The notes: generated by a model from the letters alone, not told the origin. Numbered from the stretch's first letter, positions 13,221-24,520 are shown. The stretch is DNA of 64,000 nucleotides from Amphiscolops sp. MND2022 (GCA_964187785.1 OZ076415.1:6882001-6946000); one strand, 5' to 3'. Numbers and translations: made by a program.

Positions 13221-14120
13221 CCAGCAAAAAAAAATCAAATCAGGCTGCATTGAATAAAATTGACAATTAACTCCCTCATAGTCGTGACGAAAGAAATCTT
13301 GAACAAAGTTAATGATCAAAATCAACATACCGTATTTTCCAGCAAAGAAGCCACCTCCCCTTTTTTTGAATTTTTGGTGGTCAAAAGTTTGGGGAGGGGG
13401 CTTATACGATGAACATAAAACAAAGACCGTTTTTTTTCGGAATCAAAAATTTGGCATGATTTTAGAGGACAGTGCAGTTGATTTTTTTGAGGAAGTTTCA
13501 GAGCCTAAAGAAATGACAGATGATGACTCCACTTTTAGTCCGTGAGAATTGAAAATTGAATTTATACCAAGAAAGTTCATTCAATTGACTCTTATTGAAC
13601 TTTATTTTATTTTTTTTCCGAAGTGCATTTCCAAAAATTTTGGTAGGTTAAAATTTGAGTCATTTTGTCTTCTAGAAGGAGTTAGTCTCTTTCCGTTTTT
13701 CATTTTGCTTCAATAATTTGTTTACCATTCATTTGTTGAACACTATTCGTTCACTCAGCACAATTGGAATGAATCTGACGAAAGTGTCAATTTAGTAAAC
13801 TTGTGTGCAAATGAAGTGGTATAAAACAAAACTGTTACATAAGTTTACGGAACCGAGAATGCTTATTCGATTTTGATTGGCTGCCGAAGTGGATGTAGGA
13901 AATGTTCTTCTAGTTCAGGAAATTGATTCTTTGTCGTTCGACCTTTCAATTCAACAGCTTGCTAGTTTTGTTTAATTCAAGATACATTCTTTAAGCCTTC
14001 CTCTTACCTTTGTCTAATTCTAGATTCCCTATACGTTGCCTGCTACTTCATTCCACAATGGTTAGTTTCTTTCTTAAGAATGTTTTTCATCTCTAATTTG
14101 GGATACGAAATAAAAATTTC

Positions 14121-14575
14121 AGTTTCAGTTGGAAAAAAATTGAGTAACCACTGTGAGTATAAAAAAACAGTTTTAATATACACCGCTTTGGTTTTGGTAC
14201 TTACCAAGAGTAAGTTATTGTACTCGTTTTTGGTACCCACCGTGAGTAAAGTATTATCCTGCATTTGTATAGAAATTTTTTGTATCCACCGTGAGTAGTG
14301 GAAAAAACCTTGGTTAGAAACAAAATTTGTACACACTGTCAGCAAAAATGTTAGTTTCAGTTGGAAAAATTCGAGTATCCACCGTGAGCAAAAAAACTCA
14401 GTTTTAATAAACACCGCTTTGGTTTTGGTACTTACCTTGAGTAAATTATTGTACTCGTTTTTGGTACACACGGTGGGTAAAGTATTGTCCTGCATTTGTA
14501 TAGAAATTTTTTGTATCCACCGTGAGTAGTGGAAAAATCTGAGTTAGAAAAAAACTGTACACACTGTCAGCAAAA
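14121..14575 (+). repeat. Direct repeat, 2 x ~232 bp
   Basis: agtttcagttggaaaaa...cacactgtcagcaaaa starting at 14121 and 14353; rich in the motif tatccaccgtgag. Confidence 0.85.
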
Positions 14576-15224
14576 CTGCTCTTGAATTTTCATACGACGT
14601 TTTTGGTTTCCCCCGTGTAGTAAAAACAAATCTGAGTTTGAACTGCCATCTTCTTTGAACAGGCCTGAGTGAAAAACTGTTCACAATTTGCAGAGAAATC
14701 TGGGAGTGAAATATTGTTATCGATTTTGTGGGTCTTTTCTGCTACAACCCCTCCCCCCCTCCCAGCAAGTTTACTCCCATCCCACTCAATTCACTAAGAA
14801 GTGAATCAATATAAAGTCAATCTTATACAACAATTCTTGTCCTAATTTTTGAAATGTTGATAGGTGTTCATTATTGAGAAGTGAATCATTAGAGAGTGAG
14901 TCAAATACCTCGATTCTTATCCTGACAAAAAATATATTGGGGGTAATTTTTAAAGAATAGAGAGGGGGAAAACTATCTCGTTTTAAGGGAAAGCAATCCA
15001 TTACTCATGTCAAAGACCAATTTTTTTTGATACTCAACTGTTGTCAGATGAAATCAGAAAGCAATGATACGATATGAAGAAAAGATTAAAAGTTGTTGTT
15101 AACATAGACTATCAAACTAAATTTCGCGATAGCAAGATCAAAGTTTTTACATATTATTTGAAAAATTAGGTATACTCAGTTTTTCTGAGATAACATAGGC
15201 TGTAAAAAGTCCACTGTAAAAAGT

Positions 15225-15296
15225 CGACACGATAGAGATTCGAACCCACGATCTATGGCTTCATAGTCTAATTGCTTACCACTCGGCCATAGCGCG
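15225..15296 (-). pseudogene. tRNA-derived sequence (pseudo-tRNA or SINE head)
   Basis: A box TGGCCGAGTGG, B box GGTTCGAATC, tRNA-like spacing, followed by T runs. Anticodon and acceptor stems do not pair properly. Confidence 0.65.
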
Positions 15297-15558
15297 TTGT
15301 TATTTGTTTGTTTTTATTTAACCATATTGTTAAACAACCGAGATAATTATCTCCATTTTAAAATGATGGCGTTCTAAATTCATTTGTGGTTTGGCATGTT
15401 CTGTTTTTTTTCGCTTGTTCGTTTCCTTTTTTTCTGATTGGAAAAACAGGTCTTTATTTGAAATGGGAGGTTGTAAAATCTTTTAGCGGTTTGAAATTTT
15501 GGCGTGTACAAGTAAGACGCTTCGAGGATAAACTATAATGTTGTTTTTGTTTCTACAG

Positions 15559-18526
15559 ACTGAATACAGCTGCCCCAACTGTTCGTACAAGTCGAACCGC
15601 CGCACGAATTTTGAGAGGCACCAAAAAACCTGCGGTACAAAGCAGCCGCAAAACAAAGCCTGTCCCCGTTGCAAGAGAGTCTTCGCCACCCTTGTAACGC
15701 TCAAGCGGCACATCAAAAAAGCGAGGTACTGCACGACAGACATACCCCAAAATGAACGAAAGTACAGTAAGTACATCAACTATGTCAACGACTTGCGGCT
15801 CTTTTTGTTCCCCCCACCACATTTTTCATGAAAAAATAGTGAAAAACTTATATCACAAAGACGTGAATACAAACCAGAAAGCCTCAAATTTATATTTATT
15901 TTTAGTGTGACAGTTTAGGATTTAGATACAAATAATTACGAACATAATACAAACATAATACGAACATAAGTATTGTCTGCAAGTTTTATATAATCTGCGT
16001 TCGTTAGTTTACATTTTATTCAGTAAAATTTTATAGGAACTGCCAACCCCAGCAAGAAATATCCTTGCACATCATGTAGTGAGGAATTTGCCCGGAGTGA
16101 CTCCCTGCAGAGACACCTGGAACGATTTCCCCTCCACAAAGAAAGCGACATGGCAATGACGAGCGAGCCTAGTCGACGGGCGTACGAAGGGTCAAGTCTC
16201 TTCGTAAAGTACCTAGAGGACATGCCGCTATCAGAGGAGCCCTGGAACTGCTGCAGGTGGGCAAATCAGCAGGAAGATGAAAACGGCATGGTCCTGAAAG
16301 CACTCTCTCGTGGCCAGCCGATTTTGTGGAAGAACGGGGCTATGCACACGCGAGGTTTGAAGCTCCCAGTTTTGCCCGCTGAGGACTTCGTCCACCAAGT
16401 GGAGTTCTTGCTGCAGCACTTGGCTAATCCTGCAGCGAAGCTTGCTGTAAAGTCATCACGGCTGCCACAAGACCAACAGGTGAACATATCCCGCCATTCT
16501 TTGTATTTTTCGAATTTCACAAACTTCATTCAAGTATAGCGTTTTACCATTAGTGATAAAATTTATTGTATACATTGAATCAAAACATAGTGAGCTTTAG
16601 TATCCACTAAGTCGTCGTTGGCAGTGGATTTCACTGTAAGTTATCTAAACATTGGTAAAGTAATTTCAAAGGATTATGATTGAAATATATTTTTCTGAAC
16701 TTTAGGTCAGGTCTTTAACAGTGAGAGAGTACCTGGATGAGCAGCGAGCGGGGCCCTCAGTAGCACCCACGGGAACATTTCCTGTCAATGTCATTGACAT
16801 TGCACTCGAACGGAATGTATGTTTTTTTATCATATCTTGAAAGGGCTCATATTGGAAAAAATTACTCTTTGAATTTGGTGTCTTTACAGTGCCAAAAGTT
16901 AGTGAAATACATGATGCACCCTTCTATTGTTCAAATTTTTAGCAACTAAATGGATGTTGAAAATGGCGACCACTGTAAGGAGTCTTTGTTCTGAAACCGT
17001 TTGCTGAGGTCTTGTCGTTTTGGTTTAGTTTTTCCAAGTACCGGATTTCGTCAGACACTGTGCGGCCGATCATCTGGCAGATGAGTGTGTGGATGCAGCA
17101 GGGCACTTCACCGAGGCTACATCCAATTATTTGCTGGTCTCAAACGACCAGTGTCTCACGCCGTGGCATGTCGACTTCTCCAGCACGACTGCCTTCTATA
17201 CTGTCGCCCGAGGACAGAAGATCTTCTGGCTGGTGGAGCGACAAGCTCAAATTTGCAGCTCTTTGAGGAGTGGAGCAATATCCCCACAAAAAGGTAAATG
17301 TACTCAGATCATGTACTGAAAACATACTCATCTCAAAGTCATCATTTTGCGAAGAGCACATTATCAATCATGCACATGATTCAAAATCATTGAACCAGTT
17401 GTTTCGTTTATATTTATACTAATTTGTTTTTATTTAGACCAACTTCCTTCGGGAACCTGAAGGCGCTGACAGGTGGGGTCCACAAACTTGTGGTGGAAGC
17501 AGGCGACATCCTCGTTTTGCCTGCACGCTGGCCACATATAGTGGCAACAAAGGGAGACGCCATTGCTTTTGCCTCCAACATCCTCGCTGTCACACATTTC
17601 CCTCTGATTGTGGACAGTCACCTCCACGCCAGTCAGCAGGAAATAGACGACGAAGAGGTTTTTCCCGGAGTTGTTCGTGTGTATGCTGTGCTACAGTTTA
17701 AAATACGACAACTCCAGCGAAAACTCAATTCCCTGAGCGGAACATGGAGCCCCCTCTTCTCCAGCCCACAACTGACTCTTCTGAAAGAGCAGATCAGCAG
17801 TGAGCTCGACGCCATCAAAATGGTAATCAATGTTTGTTAATTATGAATGGTAACTGATAATGTAGAAAAAAGAACTAATCTCTTCCACGGTCTGGGATGT
17901 GAACTACGGATTTTAATGGTTCTCGTTTCGAACTGCCTAACAATGTAAACGTATTTTTTCAAATGTAATTGTAATTTTGCACTTTTCTCATTGAATTCGC
18001 TCTATTTTATCATTGTCAATGGCTTTTGTTACCAGGTGTATCCAGCGTTCAATTTAAAGCAAATGGGATTGAGGGGTCCGGAGAAGCCCTATTGCGACCC
18101 AAAAGGGCCAGTGTACGCCTTCACAGGGACTGTGAAGGAAGTCCGAATTGGGCCTACACACCAGGTTGAAATCCCCGAAATGTCACAGAAGGGAAAGAAA
18201 TATGACCGCAGCATCCTTCAAAAGGAGGAGGACGTCTTCGATATAGGTTAGGAGCTGCAATTGTTGATGTCATAATTTTCGAAATCTTGATATTAAACCT
18301 TACATAGATATTTGACCACTAGTCTATAGGAAAACCTTGAAATTGCATCTGTTGAAAAAAAATCACAAACCCCATCGTTATGATCTGTTTAGACACCCTG
18401 CCGCCTCTCATTGCAAACTGCGACACTTTCAAAGAGTTTTTGAGCAAGAAAATTGCTCTCTACAAGCTGGCTTTTGCAACGAGCCTACATTGCAAAAGAA
18501 GCCTCGAGAAAAATTCACTATGGTGA
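15559..18526 (+). CDS. Multi-exon C2H2 zinc finger + JmjC (KDM2/KDM7-like) + ELM2-like protein; start codon not located
   Basis: GT-AG exons 15559-15766 (2 ZnF), 16037-16479 (ZnF), 16706-~16815 (FPVNVID), ~17039-17293 (TPWHVDFSSTTAFY..RGQKIFWLV), 17438-17822 (LPARWPHIV, third Fe ligand His), 18036-18246 (VRIGPTHQVEIP) and 18393-18526 (IALYKLA). Phases are compatible except across 16815-17039. Two 1-bp deletions at 16750-52 and 17239. Confidence 0.8.
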
Positions 18527-18627
18527 ATAAAGAAGCTGCCTGGAGCAAACTTTTATAGTTCATTATTTTTTTATCAAACTCTTTAGTTTAGAATTGAACA
18601 GAATTTAGTTTAGAATTTACTCCTTTA

Positions 18628-19255
18628 TATTGGTTTGCAAATGTTCGAGCATTTGTTTGTAGAAATCACTTTTAATGGATTGAAATACGTCTGTCGATTC
18701 CGCATATCGCTTTTCGCAGGATGAAGAATTTTTTCTAGAATAATGGAATCCACTGCAATAGAAACTTGAGTCTATTTAGAACTAATAATTTACTGAATGT
18801 ACCCCTTTTGGATTGGTTTGCAAATGCTTAAGAATTTGTTCGTGGAATCCACTGTCAATGTATTGGTATATGTTAGTCAATTCCGCATATCGCTTTTCGC
18901 AGGATGAAGAATACTTTCCAGAATAGTGGAATCCACTGCAATAGAAACTTGAGTCTATTTAGAACTAATAATTCACTGAATGTACCCCTTTTGAATTGGT
19001 TTGCAAATGTTTAAGCATTTGTTTGTGGAATCCACTGTCAATGTATTGGTATATGTTAGTCAATTCCGCATATCGCTTTTCGCAGGATGAAGAACACTTT
19101 CCAGAATAGTGGAATCCACTGCAATATAAACTTGGGTCTATTTAGAACTAGTAATTCACTGATGTACCCCTTTTGTATTGGTTTGCAAATGTTTAAGCAT
19201 TTGTTTGTGGAATCCACTGTCAATGTATTGGTATACGTTAGTCAAATCCACTTAC
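18628..19255 (-). repeat. Inverted copy of the 175-183-bp tandem array (~3.4 copies)
   Basis: gtacccc at 18799, 18982 and 19164; reverse complement of the 12636-13220 units. Confidence 0.9.
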
Positions 19256-19651
19256 TGTTTCTGGCTAGATGCATTTAGGTTTAGTAGAACGTTTGTACCA
19301 TAAATCTGAATGTGCAAAAACCAAAGTAACAAAGCATTATTACGTATCGGGAACAGTTCTGAATAATAATTTGAAATTATCTACTGGGGAGAATTTTTCA
19401 AGAAAGTAGTCGCAAGTGAAAAAAGTTTTTTGACATCATTTATTGTAACAAAGACAAAATTACTGTAACAATCGAATTAAGAAAAAGAACTTTATCAGTG
19501 CAATACCAACAAAAATACCATTCAATTTATTTAGGGTAACAAAACAGACGCATTTTGAAGATGTATTTGCACATTTACTCACGGTGGATACCAAAATTGC
19601 TACCCCTATTGGTCAACAAAGTATTCAATGTGCGCATGTTGAATGTTTTGC

Positions 19652-20902
19652 CTAAAGCGTTGTCGATGGTCTCCATTTTTTGTAGTGGCCTTCAGTTGTA
19701 GTTATGTGGCACCTGAATGAGAACATCATAAAGTCACGATGTTCCGTGAATTTCAAAGTCTTGATCAATGTTGCAGGCTCATCTTCAAGTGTATCTGGAA
19801 TGATGTCCCAGTTCTGGCCCAATATAAAATCTAAGCTGTTGTAGCTTCCCAAGTTTCCCGTTTCAACTTCTATTGAAAATTTCACGTTTTCTCTGCTTGA
19901 GTCCGACTTGAACCCACAGATACGTTTTGTGAGCTCTGTTGCAGGTATCATGTTTGTCACAGTTGATGATTTCTTGAACGACAAGCCAACACATCTCTTA
20001 ATTGCAGAAAAGACTGCAAACGTTCTATCAACATCATTATCAAGAGTGAAAAAATTGATTTCCACGTTTTTTAAATATTCCGAGATCTTTAACGAACAAT
20101 TGTTTACTGGCATCCTAAGTTCGCAGTCTTCGTCGTCCATGGATACCATTATTGCAAAAGGTTTCAACTTCTGTGCACTGTAGTACAAATCCTTCACTTT
20201 GAATTCCATTCCAGACAAAGTAATAATGGATCCTCTTTGACAAATTCCATTGACACATGGTACAAAGCTTAATTTGACATCAACATCGGTTTGCGGTATC
20301 AATGCTGAAAAGTCTATTTCTGGTATTTGTGTTTTAGGTCTTTTCTGTTTTGGTTCCTGCCTCGTCTCTTCAGCTTCCTCGTCGTCTTCTGCTTTCTCAT
20401 CGTGAACATGGGTTTCTTCCACTGAGTTCTTCAAATAGCAATAGGGGATAAATCTAAACATTTCGTCCACCTCCACGACACACTCATGGGTAAATGGGTC
20501 ATTCGTCGAAATAGTTCCCGTTTTGATTTTTCTATGGGAATCAATAAAACAATGCCCCACACACTCACAATCGGGTAGCCAGAATGTCACATGCTCGTTT
20601 TTTTGCAGTCGGTTTGGGTTATACGACAGGGGTTTAGAACGCTTTTTCGACATGACTGGTTGTGAATGTCGTGCTTTTCTAATGTTCCACCTGTTTGGGT
20701 CAGGACGCAATTCTAGGGGAATTTCAATTTTCTGCAGACGATTGTTCCAGTCGATCCATTGGATTTTCAGAGACCAATCACTTATGAACGCTATTATCTT
20801 CGCAGACTCCCAAATATAGGTTTCAGGGTCGAGGATTTGGACAGTTTCATTTATTTTAAAAGTTTGCAGAAGCATTGTAGTGGAGACTAAATTTGACTTC
20901 AA
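19652..20902 (-). CDS. 416-aa intronless protein with N-terminal Tudor/Royal-family-like domain(s)
   Basis: Uninterrupted ORF. INETVQILDPETYIWESAKII..SLKIQWIDW resembles a Tudor/Agenet barrel with aromatic-cage residues; possible second barrel (EHVTFW..KTGTI..CVVEVD). C-terminal half unassigned. Confidence 0.6.
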   Translation of the reverse strand: MKSNLVSTTMLLQTFKINETVQILDPETYIWESAKIIAFISDWSLKIQWIDWNNRLQKIEIPLELRPDPNRWNIRKARHSQPVMSKKRSKPLSYNPNRLQKNEHVTFWLPDCECVGHCFIDSHRKIKTGTISTNDPFTHECVVEVDEMFRFIPYCYLKNSVEETHVHDEKAEDDEEAEETRQEPKQKRPKTQIPEIDFSALIPQTDVDVKLSFVPCVNGICQRGSIITLSGMEFKVKDLYYSAQKLKPFAIMVSMDDEDCELRMPVNNCSLKISEYLKNVEINFFTLDNDVDRTFAVFSAIKRCVGLSFKKSSTVTNMIPATELTKRICGFKSDSSRENVKFSIEVETGNLGSYNSLDFILGQNWDIIPDTLEDEPATLIKTLKFTEHRDFMMFSFRCHITTTEGHYKKWRPSTTL

Positions 20903-21299
20903 CAGAAAGAAACACTTGAGCTTACTCTGTGCATAAACTGTTCAAATTTGTGCAAAGTGATTACCAGGTGTCAACGCATAAACTGCGCGAAAAAGAGGCT
21001 AATTTTACGGTGATGATCCTAAAAGAAGGTGTCATTCCATTTTGAGCGCTCAATAAAAGAAATTATCACTAGCAATTAGTTTTTAAACTCATCTCGTGAG
21101 TGTTAATATCTTTGAATAGGCAATTGAGTCCCGAAAGGACTCAACCACCGTAATAAACCTGATAACACTTACTGGTTGAAATTATTAATTTAGTCACTGT
21201 GAAATGCAATGGGTGAAATCGAGTCTCTGCTAATTATGAAAACGACGATTTATCGAAAAAATTAATTACAAAATTGTCATTTCTTTTTACATCATAATT

Positions 21300-23282
21300 T
21301 TGATTCACTCAGCGAAATCCACCGTCAAGATTTGTACTCCTAGTTTCATGAATACTTCTAGCATGCCTGACAAAATTTCAAATCTCGAATCGACACACTT
21401 GTGTCCATCCCAGACTTTTACACCTGTGCAACAGTCACATCGACGATCTACCGACTGGAATGTGCCGCCAGATTTCCTCAGCAATACATCCATATTTTGT
21501 CCGCCATCTTATTCGCCAATTCCATCGGCCCCCGAGGAGGGTTTCTTCAGTGCAACTAGAATGATGAACTCTGATGGGATCGAGCACTTGATTGAACATA
21601 CGCCCACAGACGCTCTAGAACATTTACTGCAGAATGCTCACAATCTGACTCATATTCCTTTGCCGCCTGAGAACCCACTACAACAGGACCCCCCGTCACA
21701 GAATTCACTGCCTCACCAGAACTTGCCACCCCAGAGCAATGTGCCCGGGACCAATGCGTCACCCCAGCTCAATGAGCCACCCGGGAAGCGTCCATTTGAC
21801 TCCCAGTGCAGTGAGGATAATTTAAGTAACAGCCAATCCAAATGTGCGAAAGTTACTTACTTTGACAACAACATGTACGAAAGAACGTTGGCTAAACATG
21901 TGCAGGCATCGAAAGAAAATGTGGGACTAGTACAAAAAGCTAAGTTGGAACTCTTTCGATGCATAATTACAACCCTGTTCAAGTTTGCGGTACCACCTAT
22001 GCTTGAAAGTTCCATCCGAAATGTCTCGGTACACTCAGTTGTGCAAATCGTGATGGATCACGAAGAAGATTCACTGAGCGACGCTTTCAATCTCTGTGTG
22101 GAACACACAATTGGATCATCGGAACGAACAGTTCACAAAGTATCCGGAAGTCTTGTTGAAGCATTGAAAGTATATTTTACACAAATTCGGCCATTTTTTG
22201 TTACCAATCACGCCAAGTTAGCCATTGTTCGATACGAAAAGGCCGACAAACGTCCAATTAATACAGAGTTATTCTTCGTGAATTCAATTGGTAAAACGGA
22301 CTTCCGCGTTAAATCTGTTGTAGATCTTTTCATTTCAAGCAAAAAAGCAGAAACAAAAGATCAATATACATTGAAAGGTAAAGTCGCGGAACTGATGCCC
22401 CTTTCCAATGACCCATGCTTCAAAATCGCCAAGCTGAAACATGCAGTGAATTTGGTTCTTTCGAATGTTGAAGGTTTCGACAAAGACGTTGTGAGAAACG
22501 CTGTTCGCGGCCGCCAAGACCAGCAAAGGTACACTCGCCAGTCAGCCAGGGCCTTGCTATACTTTGAACACGTTTCTGGGAAAGTTGCTATTAACTGTCT
22601 TGAGTCAAGAGCGGCGGCATTTTTTCAGCGACAAAAGTGGACTTCGCTGAAGGATAAGAACCAGGACGTGAAAAAAGTGACAGCGCAGTTATTGATTCTC
22701 TCTAACAACCAGTCAATTAGAAAATCTTCGCAGGTACCTGAGAACAGTGGAATTCGGTATGCTGGACTTGCTCATAATTTGCCATATGAAGAACAAATTT
22801 TGCTGTCGCAACGATGTGAGACGCAGCTGTGGCCTGGAATCTGCTTAGCCAAAATGTCAAAATTTGGGAGATGTGTGATTGCTACACAGAAATTTTCAAA
22901 AGACGACATTTTGATGGATTATCATGGCGAGGTGTCTTTGAACATGTCATTGAGCCAAGTCCTCGAGAAAGAAGGCGTGGAGCAAGAGTTCGTTCTGGAG
23001 GTTAAAAGTGGCGCCTCTAGAAGAATCATTGATGCCTCCAAAGAGATTTGCCCCCTTCACCCAAATATTCGCTGCCCTGGACGTCTTGCCAACCACTCGC
23101 AGTTGAAATCAAACGGCGCCAACATGAAGCCCACAGTGATCGAATTGTTTCAAAATGGCAAAAAGATTGTAGTGTTCCGAGCTACACGTGATATTCTACC
23201 ATTTGAGCAGCTCCGTTTTGATTACAATGACCCCATTGCCAATCAACTTTTCCAGGAAGATTCTCAACCAATTTTTGACTGA
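21300..23282 (+). CDS. 660-aa intronless protein: P/S/Q-rich N-terminus, degenerate tyrosine-recombinase-like domain, C-terminal PR-Set7/KMT5A-like SET domain
   Basis: SET: FGRCVIATQKFSKDDILMDYHG..IIDAS..GRLANHS..FRATRDILPFEQLRFDY. Middle region follows the YR motif order (LKVYFTQIRP, LFFVNSIGK, KLKHAV, QQRY) without the catalytic R/K/H residues. Confidence 0.8.
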   Translation: MIHSAKSTVKICTPSFMNTSSMPDKISNLESTHLCPSQTFTPVQQSHRRSTDWNVPPDFLSNTSIFCPPSYSPIPSAPEEGFFSATRMMNSDGIEHLIEHTPTDALEHLLQNAHNLTHIPLPPENPLQQDPPSQNSLPHQNLPPQSNVPGTNASPQLNEPPGKRPFDSQCSEDNLSNSQSKCAKVTYFDNNMYERTLAKHVQASKENVGLVQKAKLELFRCIITTLFKFAVPPMLESSIRNVSVHSVVQIVMDHEEDSLSDAFNLCVEHTIGSSERTVHKVSGSLVEALKVYFTQIRPFFVTNHAKLAIVRYEKADKRPINTELFFVNSIGKTDFRVKSVVDLFISSKKAETKDQYTLKGKVAELMPLSNDPCFKIAKLKHAVNLVLSNVEGFDKDVVRNAVRGRQDQQRYTRQSARALLYFEHVSGKVAINCLESRAAAFFQRQKWTSLKDKNQDVKKVTAQLLILSNNQSIRKSSQVPENSGIRYAGLAHNLPYEEQILLSQRCETQLWPGICLAKMSKFGRCVIATQKFSKDDILMDYHGEVSLNMSLSQVLEKEGVEQEFVLEVKSGASRRIIDASKEICPLHPNIRCPGRLANHSQLKSNGANMKPTVIELFQNGKKIVVFRATRDILPFEQLRFDYNDPIANQLFQEDSQPIFD

Positions 23283-23785
23283 TGGAATCGTCAGAAAACT
23301 CCGTTTACGAAACACTTTTTGTTGTTGTGTATTCAATTTTTCACTACTTTCGTTTTAATTTCACTTGTAATTAAACACTGATTGCTACAAGTACAAATGT
23401 TCGTTTTTCGTAATATCGAAACAAAACACCGTAAATAACGTCTTTCCCTTGCAACGTCTTCTTCACTCGAATTTAGATTTCCATTCATCATTCGACTTGT
23501 AATTCAATTTGAAATTTTGGTATCCGCCTTGAGGTATTTGAAAAATGGAAACTAGTTGTACCTAAAATACACTAAAATACACGAAAGAGCTGTGTGTGAA
23601 CTTTGATGTAGAATTGATAAGGTCTCCGTTGCAGTCAGCAGTATGCTTGAAGTGAGTTTTCCGGAACCAAATTTTGGTATCCACCATGAGGTAAATGAAA
23701 AATGAAAGCTAGTTATTTCTAAAGGTATGTGTGTATAACTAGGTAACTAGCAGGAACTGGGTGTGAAATTTTGATGCCCACTATG

Positions 23786-24520
23786 ATTCAGTGAAATAAT
23801 TCAGTGAAATAATTCAGTGAAATAATTCAGTGAAATAATTCAGTGAAATAATTCAATGAATTCCACCAAAACAATTGAAATAACTCAGTGAATTCAGGTA
23901 TTGAAAAAATTAGGTGAAATAATTAGGTGAAATAATTCAGTGAAATAATTCAGTGAAATAATTCAGTGAAATAATTCAGTGAATTCTACCAAAACATTTG
24001 AAATAACTCAGTGAATTCAGGTATTGAAAAAATTAGGTGAAATAATTAGGTGCAATAATTCAGTGAAATAATTCAGTGAAATAATTCAGTGAAAAAATTC
24101 AGTGAATTCTACCAAAACATTTGGAATAACTCAGTGAATTCAGGTATTGAAAAAATTAGGTGAAATATTTAGGTGAAATAATTCAGTGAAATAATTCAGT
24201 GAAATAATTCAGTGAAATAATTCAGTGAATTCTACCAAAACATTTGAAATAACTCAGTGAATTCAGGTATTGAAATAAAAAACTGAAATAATTAGGTGAA
24301 ATTATTCAGTGAAATAATTCAGTGAAATAATTCAGTGAAATAATTCAGTGAATTCTACCAAAACACTGCATTGGAAATAATTTTGTGAAATAATTCAGTG
24401 AATTCAGGTATTCAAATAATTCAGTGAAATAATTCAATGAAATAATTCAGTGAAATAATTCAGTGAATTCCACTAAAACACTGCAGTGGAAATAATTAGG
24501 TGAAATAATTCAGTGAATTC
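23786..24520 (+). repeat. 13-bp minisatellite (TTCAGTGAAATAA)n with higher-order ~115-bp blocks, E1 right subterminal region
   Basis: Dozens of direct copies, periodically interrupted by ttctaccaaaacatttgaaataactcagtgaattcaggtattg. Confidence 0.95.

Noticed and set aside
13328-13420. pogo/Tc1-type MITE end (taccgtattttcc...)
   Set aside because: No matching inverted partner found nearby; too short to support.
15225-15296. Functional tRNA (His-ATG)
   Set aside because: Anticodon and acceptor stems do not pair; kept only as a tRNA-derived remnant.
23786-24520. CRISPR array
   Set aside because: Contiguous 13-bp units without unique spacers, no cas genes, eukaryotic context.
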